Assembly (NCBI GenBank): GCA_918797485.1
Contig: CAKKNE010000006.1
Location: 2,480,001-2,544,000, forward strand
Direction: 5' to 3'
DNA: 64,000 nt
Origin: Pelagomonas calceolata
Lineage: Eukaryota
The position numbers and the translations under genes are program-made. This document shows positions 20,361-30,164 of this stretch, one piece after another. The notes beneath the pieces are model-generated. The model was not told the origin of the DNA. It saw only the letters and a list, made by a program, of their open reading frames with translations, and did not search any database. Numbering within the stretch: position 1 is the first letter of the stretch; every line of letters begins with the position of its first letter.

Positions 20361-21965
20361 CTACGTCGACCGCCAGCGAGGCCGCTTCGCCGCACCAGGC
20401 TTCGGCGCGAAGAAGCTCTGGACGTCTGCCGCATTAGCTGGTCGCAGAGCCTCCGGCGCGGTCTTCCGCCGCGTCGTTTTTTTCTTGGCCGCGGGCTTCG
20501 CGTCACTACTCGACGACGACCGCGGCCTAGCGCCGCTCGCTCGCGACGACGACCGGGCCCGCGGCTTTGGCGCGGGCGCGTCCGTCGAAGGAGGCGGCGG
20601 CGACCGCGCCGCGCCGCGCCGCGTCGCGCGCCAGAGCATGAGCTGCCTTTCAACTTCCGCTCTCACGTCCGGCGGCAGCTCGTTGAGCGTTTCCAAATCG
20701 ACCTCCGCGCCGTCGATGCCGGCGTCGACTGGGGCCGGTGCGGGCGGCTCGGGCGCGGGCGGCGGCGCGGCCGGGGCGGCTGGCGGCTCGCGAGCCGGGG
20801 GAGGTGCGGCCGGGGCGGCGCGCGCAAAAGCCGCAGCGACGCTATGCCGCGCCGGCGGGAACGCCGCCGCGACGCGCTCGCGCTCGCAGGCCTCAAAATT
20901 TAATGAAGGACCGACCTCCGCGTCGATATCAGCTCCTGGAGGCGGCACCGACACTCGAGACGGACACACGAGCTCTGATAGGGCGACGCAGCGCGGCACG
21001 ACGCCAGCACCGGGCAGGCCCTTCCAGACCTTAGCATGATAAAAAGCGCGCTCCGCGGCCCTCGCGCCTTCGACGTTCGTCAGTCGTTTGACGGCCTTCT
21101 CGATCCTTTCATTATCGGGCAAGCGCCTAGCCGCACAGACGTGCTCCGCCGCGCCCACTAAACCCAAACCCGCCTCCGACGCATAATAATCACAGCCCGC
21201 CAGGACGCACGCCTGCACGAAGCACCTTGCAGCAACCCGCGCGTCGACCCGCAACGCCTTCGCGAGGGCCTTGGCGAACTTGGAACGCCTCAGATCAGTT
21301 ATCAATTTCGTCAGGTCGCCTGGTATTAATAAATCACCAGTCCCGTCTCTATCGAGCTTCGTGACGAGGAGACACCTACTAAGACGCAGGCCACATAATA
21401 AACAAGCCAAGTCCGAATCCTCAGTTATGATACCATCAGCCAAACCAAGGACACAGAGCGCCGCGAGCTGCGCGTCGGCCTCGTAGGGCGCGACGAGGCA
21501 CCTCACACTGACTTTCTCGAGCTCGCGCTTGGTGACTTCGACCATGACTGGCGTAATTCTAACAGTCTTGCCGTAGGCCTTGCGCATCTCTCCAATAGCA
21601 TCGTCGCGGTCTTCGCCGGCGGCGTGCCTCCGTTCGCATTCTAGCTTCCACTGACGCGCGTCCGCGAGGGCCTGGTCTCGCACCGCGCGCCGGTCATTAT
21701 TAGTTTGCCTCTTGAGCGGCGTTGGCGCACCGTCGAAGACGACGATCGACGTCACACCCTTGGCCGCGAGCATCTGCACGCGTTGTACCGCAAAATGCGC
21801 GTAGCGCGTCGTCGGCTCGCCCTCGGCGAGGGCCTCGGCGCACGAGAGCGCGCCGCGGTGCAGGAGCGCGTGGCCGTCCAGTGCCAGCGTCCGGCCGCGC
21901 AGTTCGGAGACGTTTATTTTCTTTTGTCCGGCTTTAAGCTGGTGGTGGAGGCCCGAGATGCCCAT
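20361..21965 (-). CDS. EXO1: Exonuclease 1 (XPG/RAD2 family)
   Basis: MGISGL...ALDGHALLHRGA, VFDG, VAPYEADAQLA, IITEDSDL, AGCDY. C-terminal UBM-like LNELPPDVRAEV and PIP-box-like ADVQSFF. Confidence 0.9.
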   Translation of the reverse strand: MGISGLHHQLKAGQKKINVSELRGRTLALDGHALLHRGALSCAEALAEGEPTTRYAHFAVQRVQMLAAKGVTSIVVFDGAPTPLKRQTNNDRRAVRDQALADARQWKLECERRHAAGEDRDDAIGEMRKAYGKTVRITPVMVEVTKRELEKVSVRCLVAPYEADAQLAALCVLGLADGIITEDSDLACLLCGLRLSRCLLVTKLDRDGTGDLLIPGDLTKLITDLRRSKFAKALAKALRVDARVAARCFVQACVLAGCDYYASEAGLGLVGAAEHVCAARRLPDNERIEKAVKRLTNVEGARAAERAFYHAKVWKGLPGAGVVPRCVALSELVCPSRVSVPPPGADIDAEVGPSLNFEACERERVAAAFPPARHSVAAAFARAAPAAPPPAREPPAAPAAPPPAPEPPAPAPVDAGIDGAEVDLETLNELPPDVRAEVERQLMLWRATRRGAARSPPPPSTDAPAPKPRARSSSRASGARPRSSSSSDAKPAAKKKTTRRKTAPEALRPANAADVQSFFAPKPGAAKRPRWRST

Positions 21966-22115
21966 GGCTGTAATCGGTGCTTAGCGCAGCTTTTTTCACC
22001 GCTTTTGGATCAGTGCCAGCGTCGCGGCTATGTCACGGCTGCTCTGCAGCGTTGGCACACTGCACGGCGACGCGTGGCAGGGCGTAAATTCAATTTGCAA
22101 GCACTGCCCGGCTTC

Positions 22116-22138
22116 CTAGTGTCTTACATACCGCTAGC
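22116..22138 (+). promoter_or_regulatory. CTAG-bipartite intergenic motif, copy 5
   Basis: CTAGTGTCTTACATACCGCTAGC, about 150 bp upstream of the EXO1 ATG. Confidence 0.7.
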
Positions 22139-22545
22139 CGACTATTTTGGCCACACGTTTTCATAGCACATCGTCGTGGTCAGGCGATAAGAGGGGCATT
22201 ACACGACGGCGACCAGTCACTACCAACCACCCACGCTTGATTTCTTGGGCGCTGGGCCGAAACGGGCCGCCGAGCCAACATCGTGTTTTTTCCAGCTTTG
22301 TTGAGGCAACAGAGGAGGCGGCGCGGTACCCACCCTAGATCTGGGATTTTTTGGGTCGAGTTGACGTCGCAATGAAGGCGACGAGGCGTCACCTCTGGCG
22401 CCGCACCGCCGCCCTCGCCGGTGGCATCGTCGTCGGCTTTCTTTGCATTTCTGCGCTCCGCCGGACGCCGGACGAACCGCGCGCGAGACGACTCCAGGAC
22501 TGGGACGGAGAGAAAGTCCGACCGGACGGCACGGGCATCCGCCCT

Positions 22546-23118
22546 TTAAAATGTTTCCAGGGCTACCAACAGATCCAGGGCGGGGGCCACTGGACGCAAC
22601 GCCTCGTCGTACTCGTCAGTTCTACAATAGCACTTGTTCTGGCGGATCGTTCTCCCACCGACCCCGTAGTTGTCGACCGTCCAGACCGCCTCAGACTCCT
22701 GCGTGACGCACTGGACGCCGCCGCACAGGAGTCTGTTGAGCTGGGACGGGTAGTTGTTGCCGGGCGTCGACTTCGAGCCCTCCGTGATCGAGTCGCCCAT
22801 GCACGCTACTTTGAGGCGCTGCGGGGCCTTGTAGCTCAGGATGACGCGTTGTTTGGGGAGCTCCAGCGGTCCGAGCGTCGACGTCGTCGACGATACTGTA
22901 CTGATGGTGGGCGGGTACGTTACTGTATAATCAGGGCACCATTCCAGGCCGGGCACGGCGCTACACGTGTCCGCTTCTATCTCATGATACAGGTCCTGTT
23001 GTCGACAGGCGCAGGGGTCCGCATACGTCGTGTACTCGTCGAAGATGCAGCAGGCGCCGTCGGTCGGTTGCGCCGCGGCGGCGGCCGCGAGGAGCGCCGC
23101 GAGCCCCAGGGCGCGCAT
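22546..23118 (-). pseudogene. Secreted SGNH/GDSL hydrolase, apparently truncated
   Basis: Signal peptide, block I KVACMGDSITEG and block II NYGVGGRT are present, but the ORF stops before block III (GxND) and the DxxH motif. Confidence 0.55.
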
Positions 23119-23520
23119 GATGGCGGCGCCAAATATTTTTGAGTTGTCTTGATGACTGTGGACGTCTGGCGCGGCGCGTTCACGTACGCCGCGCGGACAA
23201 AATTGTCCAGCCTTCCTGGCAGTTTTCGCAAATCGACAGGGCGCGCTTCGTTCTCTTAGCGGTTCGCGTCAATGTCGATGATATAGGTCGCGATAGACGA
23301 ATGCGAAAGTTGAGCTCGCTTAGCCGCCCTCTCGCGGAGGTCCGCACGCTGCCAAAGCGAAACAAATGTCGCGACGGCCGAGACGGCCGCATGCTCCAAC
23401 TCCGCGCGAAGCCCACGGGAGGCATCCGAGGACTCAGTAGAGCGCTCTCGTGGAATATCAGCGACAGCCGCCTGCGGCGCGCTACACCGCGGGACCGCGC
23501 TCATACTAACTATCCTGGTA

Positions 23521-24258
23521 TCACTCCCCACTTACACGACACCGCGGCGGCGACGGCGTAAAGACGCGCCGCGCAGTAGGCGGCCCCGGCGACTCCGGCT
23601 GCTCGATCTCGAGCTCCTCGCACGCGTCGGTCGGATCCGCGGAGACCGCGTCGGGCGGCGCGCAGGAGCAGGCCATGAGGAGCTCCGCGACGGCGTCGAC
23701 GCGGGTAGGCTCGGCATGCCGCCTTCGCCCGGTCAACGCGTCGAGGCCCGCCTTTGCCCTCCGCAGGCGTTCATGGGCCGCTAACGCCGCGAGCTTTTCC
23801 GAGGGCGTCGCCTCGGACGAGTCGGGCACCGGCGCGGCGGGCGGCGGCGACGGTCGCGGCACGTCAACGCGGGGCGCGGGCGGCGGCGACGGCGGAGGTA
23901 CTGAGCAGCAGTTGGTCAGGGGCGTCGACGTCACCGCGGGCTCCTCGCTCCTTCGCCGCGCCTTTTGAGCCGCGGCGGCGTCGCGCTTCTCCTGGCGCCG
24001 CCGCCGCCGCGCTGCCGGCGTCACCGCGGAGAAGAGCTTCGCCTTCGCGCCTCCGATGTGCGCGAGCACCGCGCGCGATGCGCGTCGCACGGGCGGCGTC
24101 GACTGTTTCAGCGGCGTGATCTGCTCCACGTTCACTAGATTTTCTTTTGCGTCGAGGAACTCGCGGTGGCCGAAGCTCACGCGCTTCTTGCTGGAGCTGC
24201 GGCGCCGCCGCCGCGGCTTATTGGCGTCGGAGTCCTCGTAGATGTCAAAGTCGATCAT
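23521..24258 (-). CDS. Hypothetical low-complexity protein
   Basis: ORF from MIDFDIYEDSD; contains KRVSF (RVxF-like) and AKEN (KEN-box-like) short motifs. Confidence 0.5.
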   Translation of the reverse strand: MIDFDIYEDSDANKPRRRRRSSSKKRVSFGHREFLDAKENLVNVEQITPLKQSTPPVRRASRAVLAHIGGAKAKLFSAVTPAARRRRRQEKRDAAAAQKARRRSEEPAVTSTPLTNCCSVPPPSPPPAPRVDVPRPSPPPAAPVPDSSEATPSEKLAALAAHERLRRAKAGLDALTGRRRHAEPTRVDAVAELLMACSCAPPDAVSADPTDACEELEIEQPESPGPPTARRVFTPSPPRCRVSGE

Positions 24259-24612
24259 GGTCGCGTCGACGGCGTCAAGCGTGGGCCTCGGTGGGCGTGT
24301 TATGGCTGGTCGCGTACGGCGTCGGGCGACTGGAGGTGCGAATTTTTGGCCGGAATCAGTGGGAGCCGGAGACACCCCAGGTCCACGTACAGCCCCGTCC
24401 GTCGGGGCAGTCCGTCTGTTTGCGGGCGCTGCGCCTGCGTCTCTCGGGCAGTGGTGGCACCGGCGCGCGTACAAGCTCGTACGAGCAGACCGACGTTTTT
24501 TGGGACCAAAAGTGAACGGACGATGTGACATTCGTGCGAAAGCTCTCAACGGCGGAAGGAGCCGGTGATGCAGTGGTGCTGAGACGCCTGGGTGCCCGCA
24601 AAAAAAGCGTGA

Positions 24613-24633
24613 GCTAGCGGCCTAAGACACTAG
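24613..24633 (-). promoter_or_regulatory. CTAG-bipartite intergenic motif, copy 6
   Basis: Minus strand CTAGTGTCTTAGGCCGCTAGC, between divergent genes. Confidence 0.7.
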
Positions 24634-24772
24634 CAAAGCAGGCAAGCTTGTGTGTGGCGCGCCAAAAACGCTGCAAACGACGACTGTGCGAACCCAGAAA
24701 CGCGTTCAGAGTACCGCACAGTTGCGTACAACCGGCCAGAAGCATCGCTGGTGACTACGGCTCCCCTAAGCA

Positions 24773-25535
24773 ATGCAGTACACACTGCTGACTTTGCTGC
24801 TCTGCAGCACAAATGGATGGCAGCTTAGTACTCGTCGCACAAATGGCTGGCAGCTTGGGACTCGTCGCGCACGCATCATTCGCTACGCAGAAGACGCAGC
24901 ATCTCTGCAGCAAGCCGCCGACGCGCTGCGCGCTGAAGCGGCATCCCTGGAGGCGACGCTGCCTCGCACAACGACGCCACCACCAGCAGTCGTAACCGAG
25001 CTGCCCGGCAGCACCTGGCGCTTCGCGTGCCGCTTGGACGAGGGGAAATCGTTCGACTTCGTCGCGACGCTCGAGCGGGAAACGAACCCCGACTATCTTG
25101 CCGACGACGCGAATCGGTATCGGGAGGCGGGGCCGCTGACGCTGGTCGAGCCCGGGCCGTCCATTAGAAAAGCTTACGGGTGGTTGGCGGACAGAGCATA
25201 AATCAAATTATCGCGGCGAAATGACTTTGTGCACCCGACTCACTGGTTGATTTGCGCACAGGCTCGCGGAGGACGACGGCCCCCCAAAGGGCGAATTCAC
25301 GAGGATCACCGTGAGCATGAGGGACGGCATGCTGGCTTCGACAGATGGTGATCTGATGTACCTGCAAGCGCGCGTGAAGCGCGGCGCCTCCGTCGCCCTC
25401 GACGAGGGCACGCTCACGGTGAAGCGGCAGCGGCCGGGGACGCGCTTTTTGTTCGTCGAGTACCCCTCGCTCGTGGCCGACCTCAAGATCGTCGGGAGCT
25501 TCTCGGCGACGCCAACATCGAAGAGTCCAGACTAA
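24773..25535 (+). CDS. Hypothetical plastid-targeted-like protein, split by an introner intron (25180 or 25183 to 25261)
   Basis: Signal peptide MQYTLLTLLLCSTNG-W. Removing GT...CACAG fuses ORF 24773 to the frame of ORF 25311 (AYGW/LAEDDGPP). Confidence 0.65.
24808..24867 (+). repeat. In-frame 30-bp tandem duplication in the presequence
   Basis: TNGWQLSTRR followed by TNGWQLGTRR. Confidence 0.9.
25183..25270 (+). mobile_element. Introner-like element A (partly decayed)
   Basis: Left TIR CAGAGCATAAATCAA (25192), right TIR TTGATTTGCGCACAG (ends 25261), degenerate flanking direct repeat GTTGGCGGA/GCTCGCGGA. Shares GTGCACCCGACTCACTG with element C. Confidence 0.8.
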
Positions 25536-25542
25536 TCAAAAA

Positions 25543-27375
25543 CTATACAAATTCCCCCCCGCGCTCCACCATCTCCAAGTTTCGTTTCCGAATGGTAGTT
25601 GTCGGGGACTCGGGCGGCTCGTCCTCCTTGTAGTCGTCATCATCAAGAAGGTTTTCTTGCAACGAGGACTGCCGCCGGACGTCCGACGAGCTCACGCGCG
25701 CGTAGGCGCCGCCCGGGTCGCCGCCCGGCTTGTGCAGCATCCGCCGCGCGCAGGCGAGCGCCGCGGCCCCGCAGAAGACGAGCATGACCGCGACAGCCAA
25801 AGGTGCGTCGAGGCTGATCGGCGGCCGCGCGTGGACGAAGATCAAGAGGGATGCTGGCGCGAGGCACAGGCAGTCCATGCGGACCTTTGGCGCGAGCATC
25901 TCCGCGACGGCCGCGAGCACCGCGACCGCGACCACGGCGTAGACGCAGAACGCGAAGTCGTCCGCAGCAGTAGTAGGCGCCCGCGGTGGCAACGCTGACC
26001 GTATGGCGGCGTGCTGCGTCACCGCGGCCAGCATCAGCGTCACGTGGTAGACCAGCCGCAGGCCCGCGTTGCCTGTGTGGAAATCAATCAGTGAACGCCA
26101 TCGAGCAGACGCAGGAATTGATTTCCACACCGGGCGTTGCTCTGCGCGTAGGAAACGATCGCAAATAAAGCGATGAACGACGGCGGCAGGAGTACGAATG
26201 CGCCTAACCTCGAAGGTGGCGCGAACTTCAGTTCTAAGGACAAACGACTGGTCTGCCTGGTCGGCGGGCAGCCGGATGAAGGATAAGACAATTGCGCCTC
26301 GCAATTTCTCGCGAAGGGCGGCCGCCGAGCCGCTTCGTCGACCACAACTTTGGCGGACAGAGTCGCATCTTTTTCGTCCACAGACGCGAAAGAACTGAGT
26401 TTGGTCGCGAAGCCGCTGTACGTCTCGAGCAGACAGAGGACTTTGGACGGCGCGCCTGCCGATAGCTCCGGTGGTAGTTCCAGCGTAATGGGCAAAGTTT
26501 GGGTTTGAAACGGATACTCGGCGATGGACGGAGAAAAGTAAAATTCCGACTGCACCCGGAGGTGGTCAAATCTATCATCCTGGACTATGGGATTTTTTGA
26601 AGGGTTTTTACCGATGTTCACAAACTGGAGCTCGGGTAAATCTTCGTTCTTGAAGAAGAGCCACTTGTCTGTTGCATCGACGTCGCACGCTCGGCCGCGG
26701 TCGGTCGGTCGCGTCGCTTCCTTGAGGGCGCTGTCGAGCTCGAGGAAGGGCCGGTAGTACTTGAGGACGTAGACGTCGACATCTCCATACCACGTCGACG
26801 ACTGCAGGTCTATTGAGGCGACATCGGAGACAAATATACCTAGGCCGTAGACCTCGACTTGGTCTACGGTGGTGGTCGTGTTCGCCGTGGTCGCCTGTGT
26901 GGAAATCAAATTTTACGGCGCGTTCGACGCGACACCTGCTCGATGGCGTGGTGCACCCGACTCACTGCTTGATTTACGCACAGGTGGTCGCCTCGTCGTC
27001 GACCTCCGGCTCCGTCACCGTCTGCACGGTCCAGCGCACGGGTTCCGATAGTGCAGTACCGTTTACGGCACAAAACACGCCTTGCGCCAGGGCGATGTCG
27101 TACCGCGCGTCGAACTGCTTGAGCTCATTTGGTAACTTCACTACACCCCTCTTCGCATCGGCCTCTGGCGCGCCGTCGCTGCAACTACGGTCCTTGCCGT
27201 TCTGGTAGACGCAGATAGCAGCTGACGGCTGGTCCTCACAAGCGCTGACGGCTTCGTCGAAGTCGACAAAAACAGAATCGGTGCCCACTTCCACGAGGTC
27301 GTGGTTGCGGCCGGGGCCGTAGTCGAGGACTTGTAATGCGCTCGCGGTTGCGAGTGCTATGGCGAGGCGTCGCAT
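25543..27375 (-). CDS. Cys-less (GLIC/ELIC-like) pentameric ligand-gated ion channel; three exons, introns 26991-26895 and 26140-26073
   Basis: Splicing joins three ORFs in frame (VDDE|ATTANT and YAQS|NAGLRL). Signal peptide; extracellular motifs GIFVSDVASID, PELQFVN, YPFQTQTLPITLE; M1 LLPPSFI; M2-M3 loop RSALPPRAPTTAAD. Confidence 0.75.
26065..26140 (-). mobile_element. Introner-like element B
   Basis: TIRs CTGTGTGGAAATCAA (26073) and TTGATTTCCACACCG (ends 26132), 14/15 match. 8-bp TSD CGCGTTGC/GGCGTTGC. Forms a 68-nt GC-AG intron. Confidence 0.9.
26887..26991 (-). mobile_element. Introner-like element C
   Basis: TIRs CTGTGTGGAAATCAA (26895) and TTGATTTACGCACAG (ends 26983). Perfect 8-bp TSD GTGGTCGC at 26887-26894 and 26984-26991. 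Forms a 97-nt GC-AG intron. Confidence 0.93.
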
Positions 27376-27635
27376 CGTTGGCGTACGCTTTGGCAGCCTC
27401 CGGTGCAGGGAGCTAATGTAGAGCGCAGTGCGTCGCTTCGAGGACTTGGCAACCGTTCGACACGTGCGCAAGCGTATTATTCACGGCGTGTCGTTGTTCT
27501 AACGATGCGTAACCACGAGCACGGCTCGATTTACGGCTCGGTTTGGCAAAGTTCCTACTCTAGGTAGCCCCTCTAGCCTACGGACGCCATCGCCGCGATC
27601 CTTCTACAATATCCTATATTTAAAAGCAGGACGGC

Positions 27636-28205
27636 TCACGCCCCGTCCGACACGTTCAGCGTCTCCAGCGAGAGCGCTTCCCTAATGCACCGGTCGCTGT
27701 CGTCCGGCGCGAATATTAAATTGCCCATGTCCAGCTCGACCTGGTAGGGGGCGTAGAAGCCCGGCGGGAAGCCCTCCTCGGTGTACCATAGAGCTACCAC
27801 GGTACCAGGCTCCCAGTGGTCCGCGCCGACGCAGCACTCGACGCGACTGCCCACCTCAAACCGCAACTCATCATTTGGTGGCGGCGGCCAAGGTGCATCC
27901 TCTCCAGCCATCCACGCCGTCAGCACCTCGTGTGGTGGAAACAAGTGATCTAAAATTTCCTCGGTGACGTCCTGCGCCTCGTAGGGCAAGGCGACCATCC
28001 TCGACTGGTCCTCGAACAACAGATCGATGACCGTGTCGACGGGGGCGCAGGTCGGGTCGCCGCACAAGACCTCCTTGCAGGAGATTTTCGGGGCCTTGCC
28101 CGTCTGAGGCATCCGTTTCGCGACCCAGGTCCGCACCTTCTCCAGGTGGCGCTTCGTGTGGCTCTTGCCGTCTACGATTTTGCTGGGGTCGAAGAGGTGG
28201 GGCAT
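27636..28205 (-). CDS. Two-domain hypothetical protein (CxDPxCxP module + SH3-like LRFxVGxRVEC...PYQV module)
   Basis: KEVLCGDPTCAPVDTVI and LRFEVGSRVECCVG...WEPGTVV...PYQVELDMGNLIFAPDDSDRCIR. Confidence 0.65.
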   Translation of the reverse strand: MPHLFDPSKIVDGKSHTKRHLEKVRTWVAKRMPQTGKAPKISCKEVLCGDPTCAPVDTVIDLLFEDQSRMVALPYEAQDVTEEILDHLFPPHEVLTAWMAGEDAPWPPPPNDELRFEVGSRVECCVGADHWEPGTVVALWYTEEGFPPGFYAPYQVELDMGNLIFAPDDSDRCIREALSLETLNVSDGA

Positions 28206-28754
28206 CTTTGCTTTCTTTCGCCTGAGGTCGTGTCAGAGTGTTAACGGCGGCTTCGTGGTCGTGAGGTTAGTGTTGAAAAACACTGTGCTTCTCGCGCTCT
28301 CGCGCTGGTTCCTTGTTGTTGCGCCCTTTCCCGGGGCTTGTGCGGCACGCAAGCCGCGGTTTGTCGCCCTGGTTGGTTAATTAAGTGCTAGGCGCACTGA
28401 GCAGGCTCGACGCCCTCAGCGGGGCTCTGGCGGCGCTTCGGCGCACGCGCCACGGGAACGTATTGTTAGAGCTGGGAAGCACCGCAGCGCTCCTCCTCCC
28501 CCGCCCGCAGGCGTCCTACCGCGGCACCGGCAAAACGTAAAAGTACTGTATGGTACCGTATACCTACCCGTATGATGGTGCGTATTTTTCTCAGGCATAG
28601 CCTGCCTTGCCCGAAGCGCGGGGCCCTTTAGTATACGGACGACGCGTGCATAAATACCTCGAGCAAACGACGCGACGCATCGACGCCATCGACGCGACGA
28701 ACGACAGAGTCAACGAAAAGACTATTTAAACGGGAGGGAGGCACAATGCGTCGT

Positions 28755-30164
28755 CTACGCCGCGACCTTGGCCGGCGCCTCAACCTCGACCTCGACGCCC
28801 GAGAGCTTCTCGTAGAACTCGCGGATCTTGAGGGACGCGAGCGTCTGGAAGAAGCCTGCGCGGAACGAGGGCGTCGCGATACGGCCGCGGTCTCTCTCGC
28901 GAGACGCGTCGACGACGTCGAGGCGGCGCGGCATCGCGTCGACGTCTTCATGAAGACCGCGTCGACTCGAAGCTCGTTTCCCACGCCGCGCCCGTGCCCG
29001 TGCCGTTGTCCGAGCCCGGCGAGTCGCCCATCTTGATCATCTGCTGCGTGAGCTCGCCGTAGAACTTCGTCGCCGTGTTCGAGAGGTGGGACTCGACGTA
29101 GATCTGTGTGGAAATCAACATGTGAGTCGCGGCGACGGCGTGCGGTCGTGGCGTCGCGGAAATGAAGGACTCTGGTAAAGCACGAGTTCCTGCAAATTGT
29201 CGAACTTGCCGTCCATCTCGAGCACGGTCACGTCGTTGCCCAGGAACTCGTCGGGGCCGTAGGCGAACTTGATGCCCGGGTAGGAGCAGGTCAGCTTCTT
29301 GCCGCACGGCGTCCACTCGATCGTCGAGCCCTCATCAAACAAGTAGGCGGGGTCGAAGTTCGCCTTGCCCTCCTTCTGGATGAACTTGACCTTGAGGACC
29401 TTGCCCTCCTTCTCGTCGGGGATCAAGTCCGTGGGCAGGACCTGAATCACGACGTCGGCGTCGCCGCGCTGCGGCGCGACGAACGCGTCGAAGTCGGGCT
29501 TGCGCGCCTCGATGGACTGCTGGATCGACTCGAGCGAGTGGCCGCGCTCGACCATGTCGCGCTGGATCTTCCAGGCGAACTTGACGTCATCGGTAATATC
29601 GAGGTAGAGCGAGAAGTCGAGCAGTTCGCGCACGCGCGGGTCCGCCATCGGGTGGAGGCCCTCCACAATCACAATTTGGGTGGGGGTGATCTCCTCGGGC
29701 GTGTCGAGCGTACCGTTCACGTGGTTGTAGATGGGCTTCTTGATGGCGTTGCCCGCCTTGAGCTCCTTGAGCTGCTCGTACATGAGGTCGAAGTTGTTCT
29801 CCGCCAGGTCCAGAGCCGTGCGGCCCGTGACCTTGCGGCCTCCTCTGTCGTTGAGGTGGTAGTCATCCAAGCAGATGACCGTCGTCGTGTCGCTCACGAG
29901 CGTGTTCGTCTCCCAGCCGCCGTTGTCGAAGCCGCCGCCGAGCGGGCCGACGTTCGTGCCGCCGAAGATACCGGTTAATCGGCGCATGAAGGTCGACTTG
30001 CCGCAGCCGGAGTCGGCCGCGACGCCGATGAGGACGACGCCGCCGTCCGCCGCCATGGTCATCTCGGACCGGGCGTTGGCGCGCACATTCGTGGATTTGA
30101 GGGCCGTGCGCGTCGGCACGAGGGCCTGGGCCGCGAGGGCGAGGGCGAGGATGATCTTCGCCAT
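28755..30164 (-). CDS. PRK: Phosphoribulokinase, plastid-targeted; introns 29183-29104 (GT-AG) and about 28997-28856 (GC-AG)
   Basis: IGVAADSGCGKSTFMRR, VICLDDYH, KPIYNHVNG, KIQRDM. Spliced C-terminus LQEL|IYVESHLSN...GSDNGTG|FFQTLASLKIREFYEK. Bipartite leader MAKIILALALAAQA-LVP. Confidence 0.96.
29104..29183 (-). mobile_element. Introner-derived intron D (one TIR retained)
   Basis: The 3' end CGACTCACATGTTGATTTCCACACAG matches the family end; the 5' TIR and TSD are not recognisable. Confidence 0.75.
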
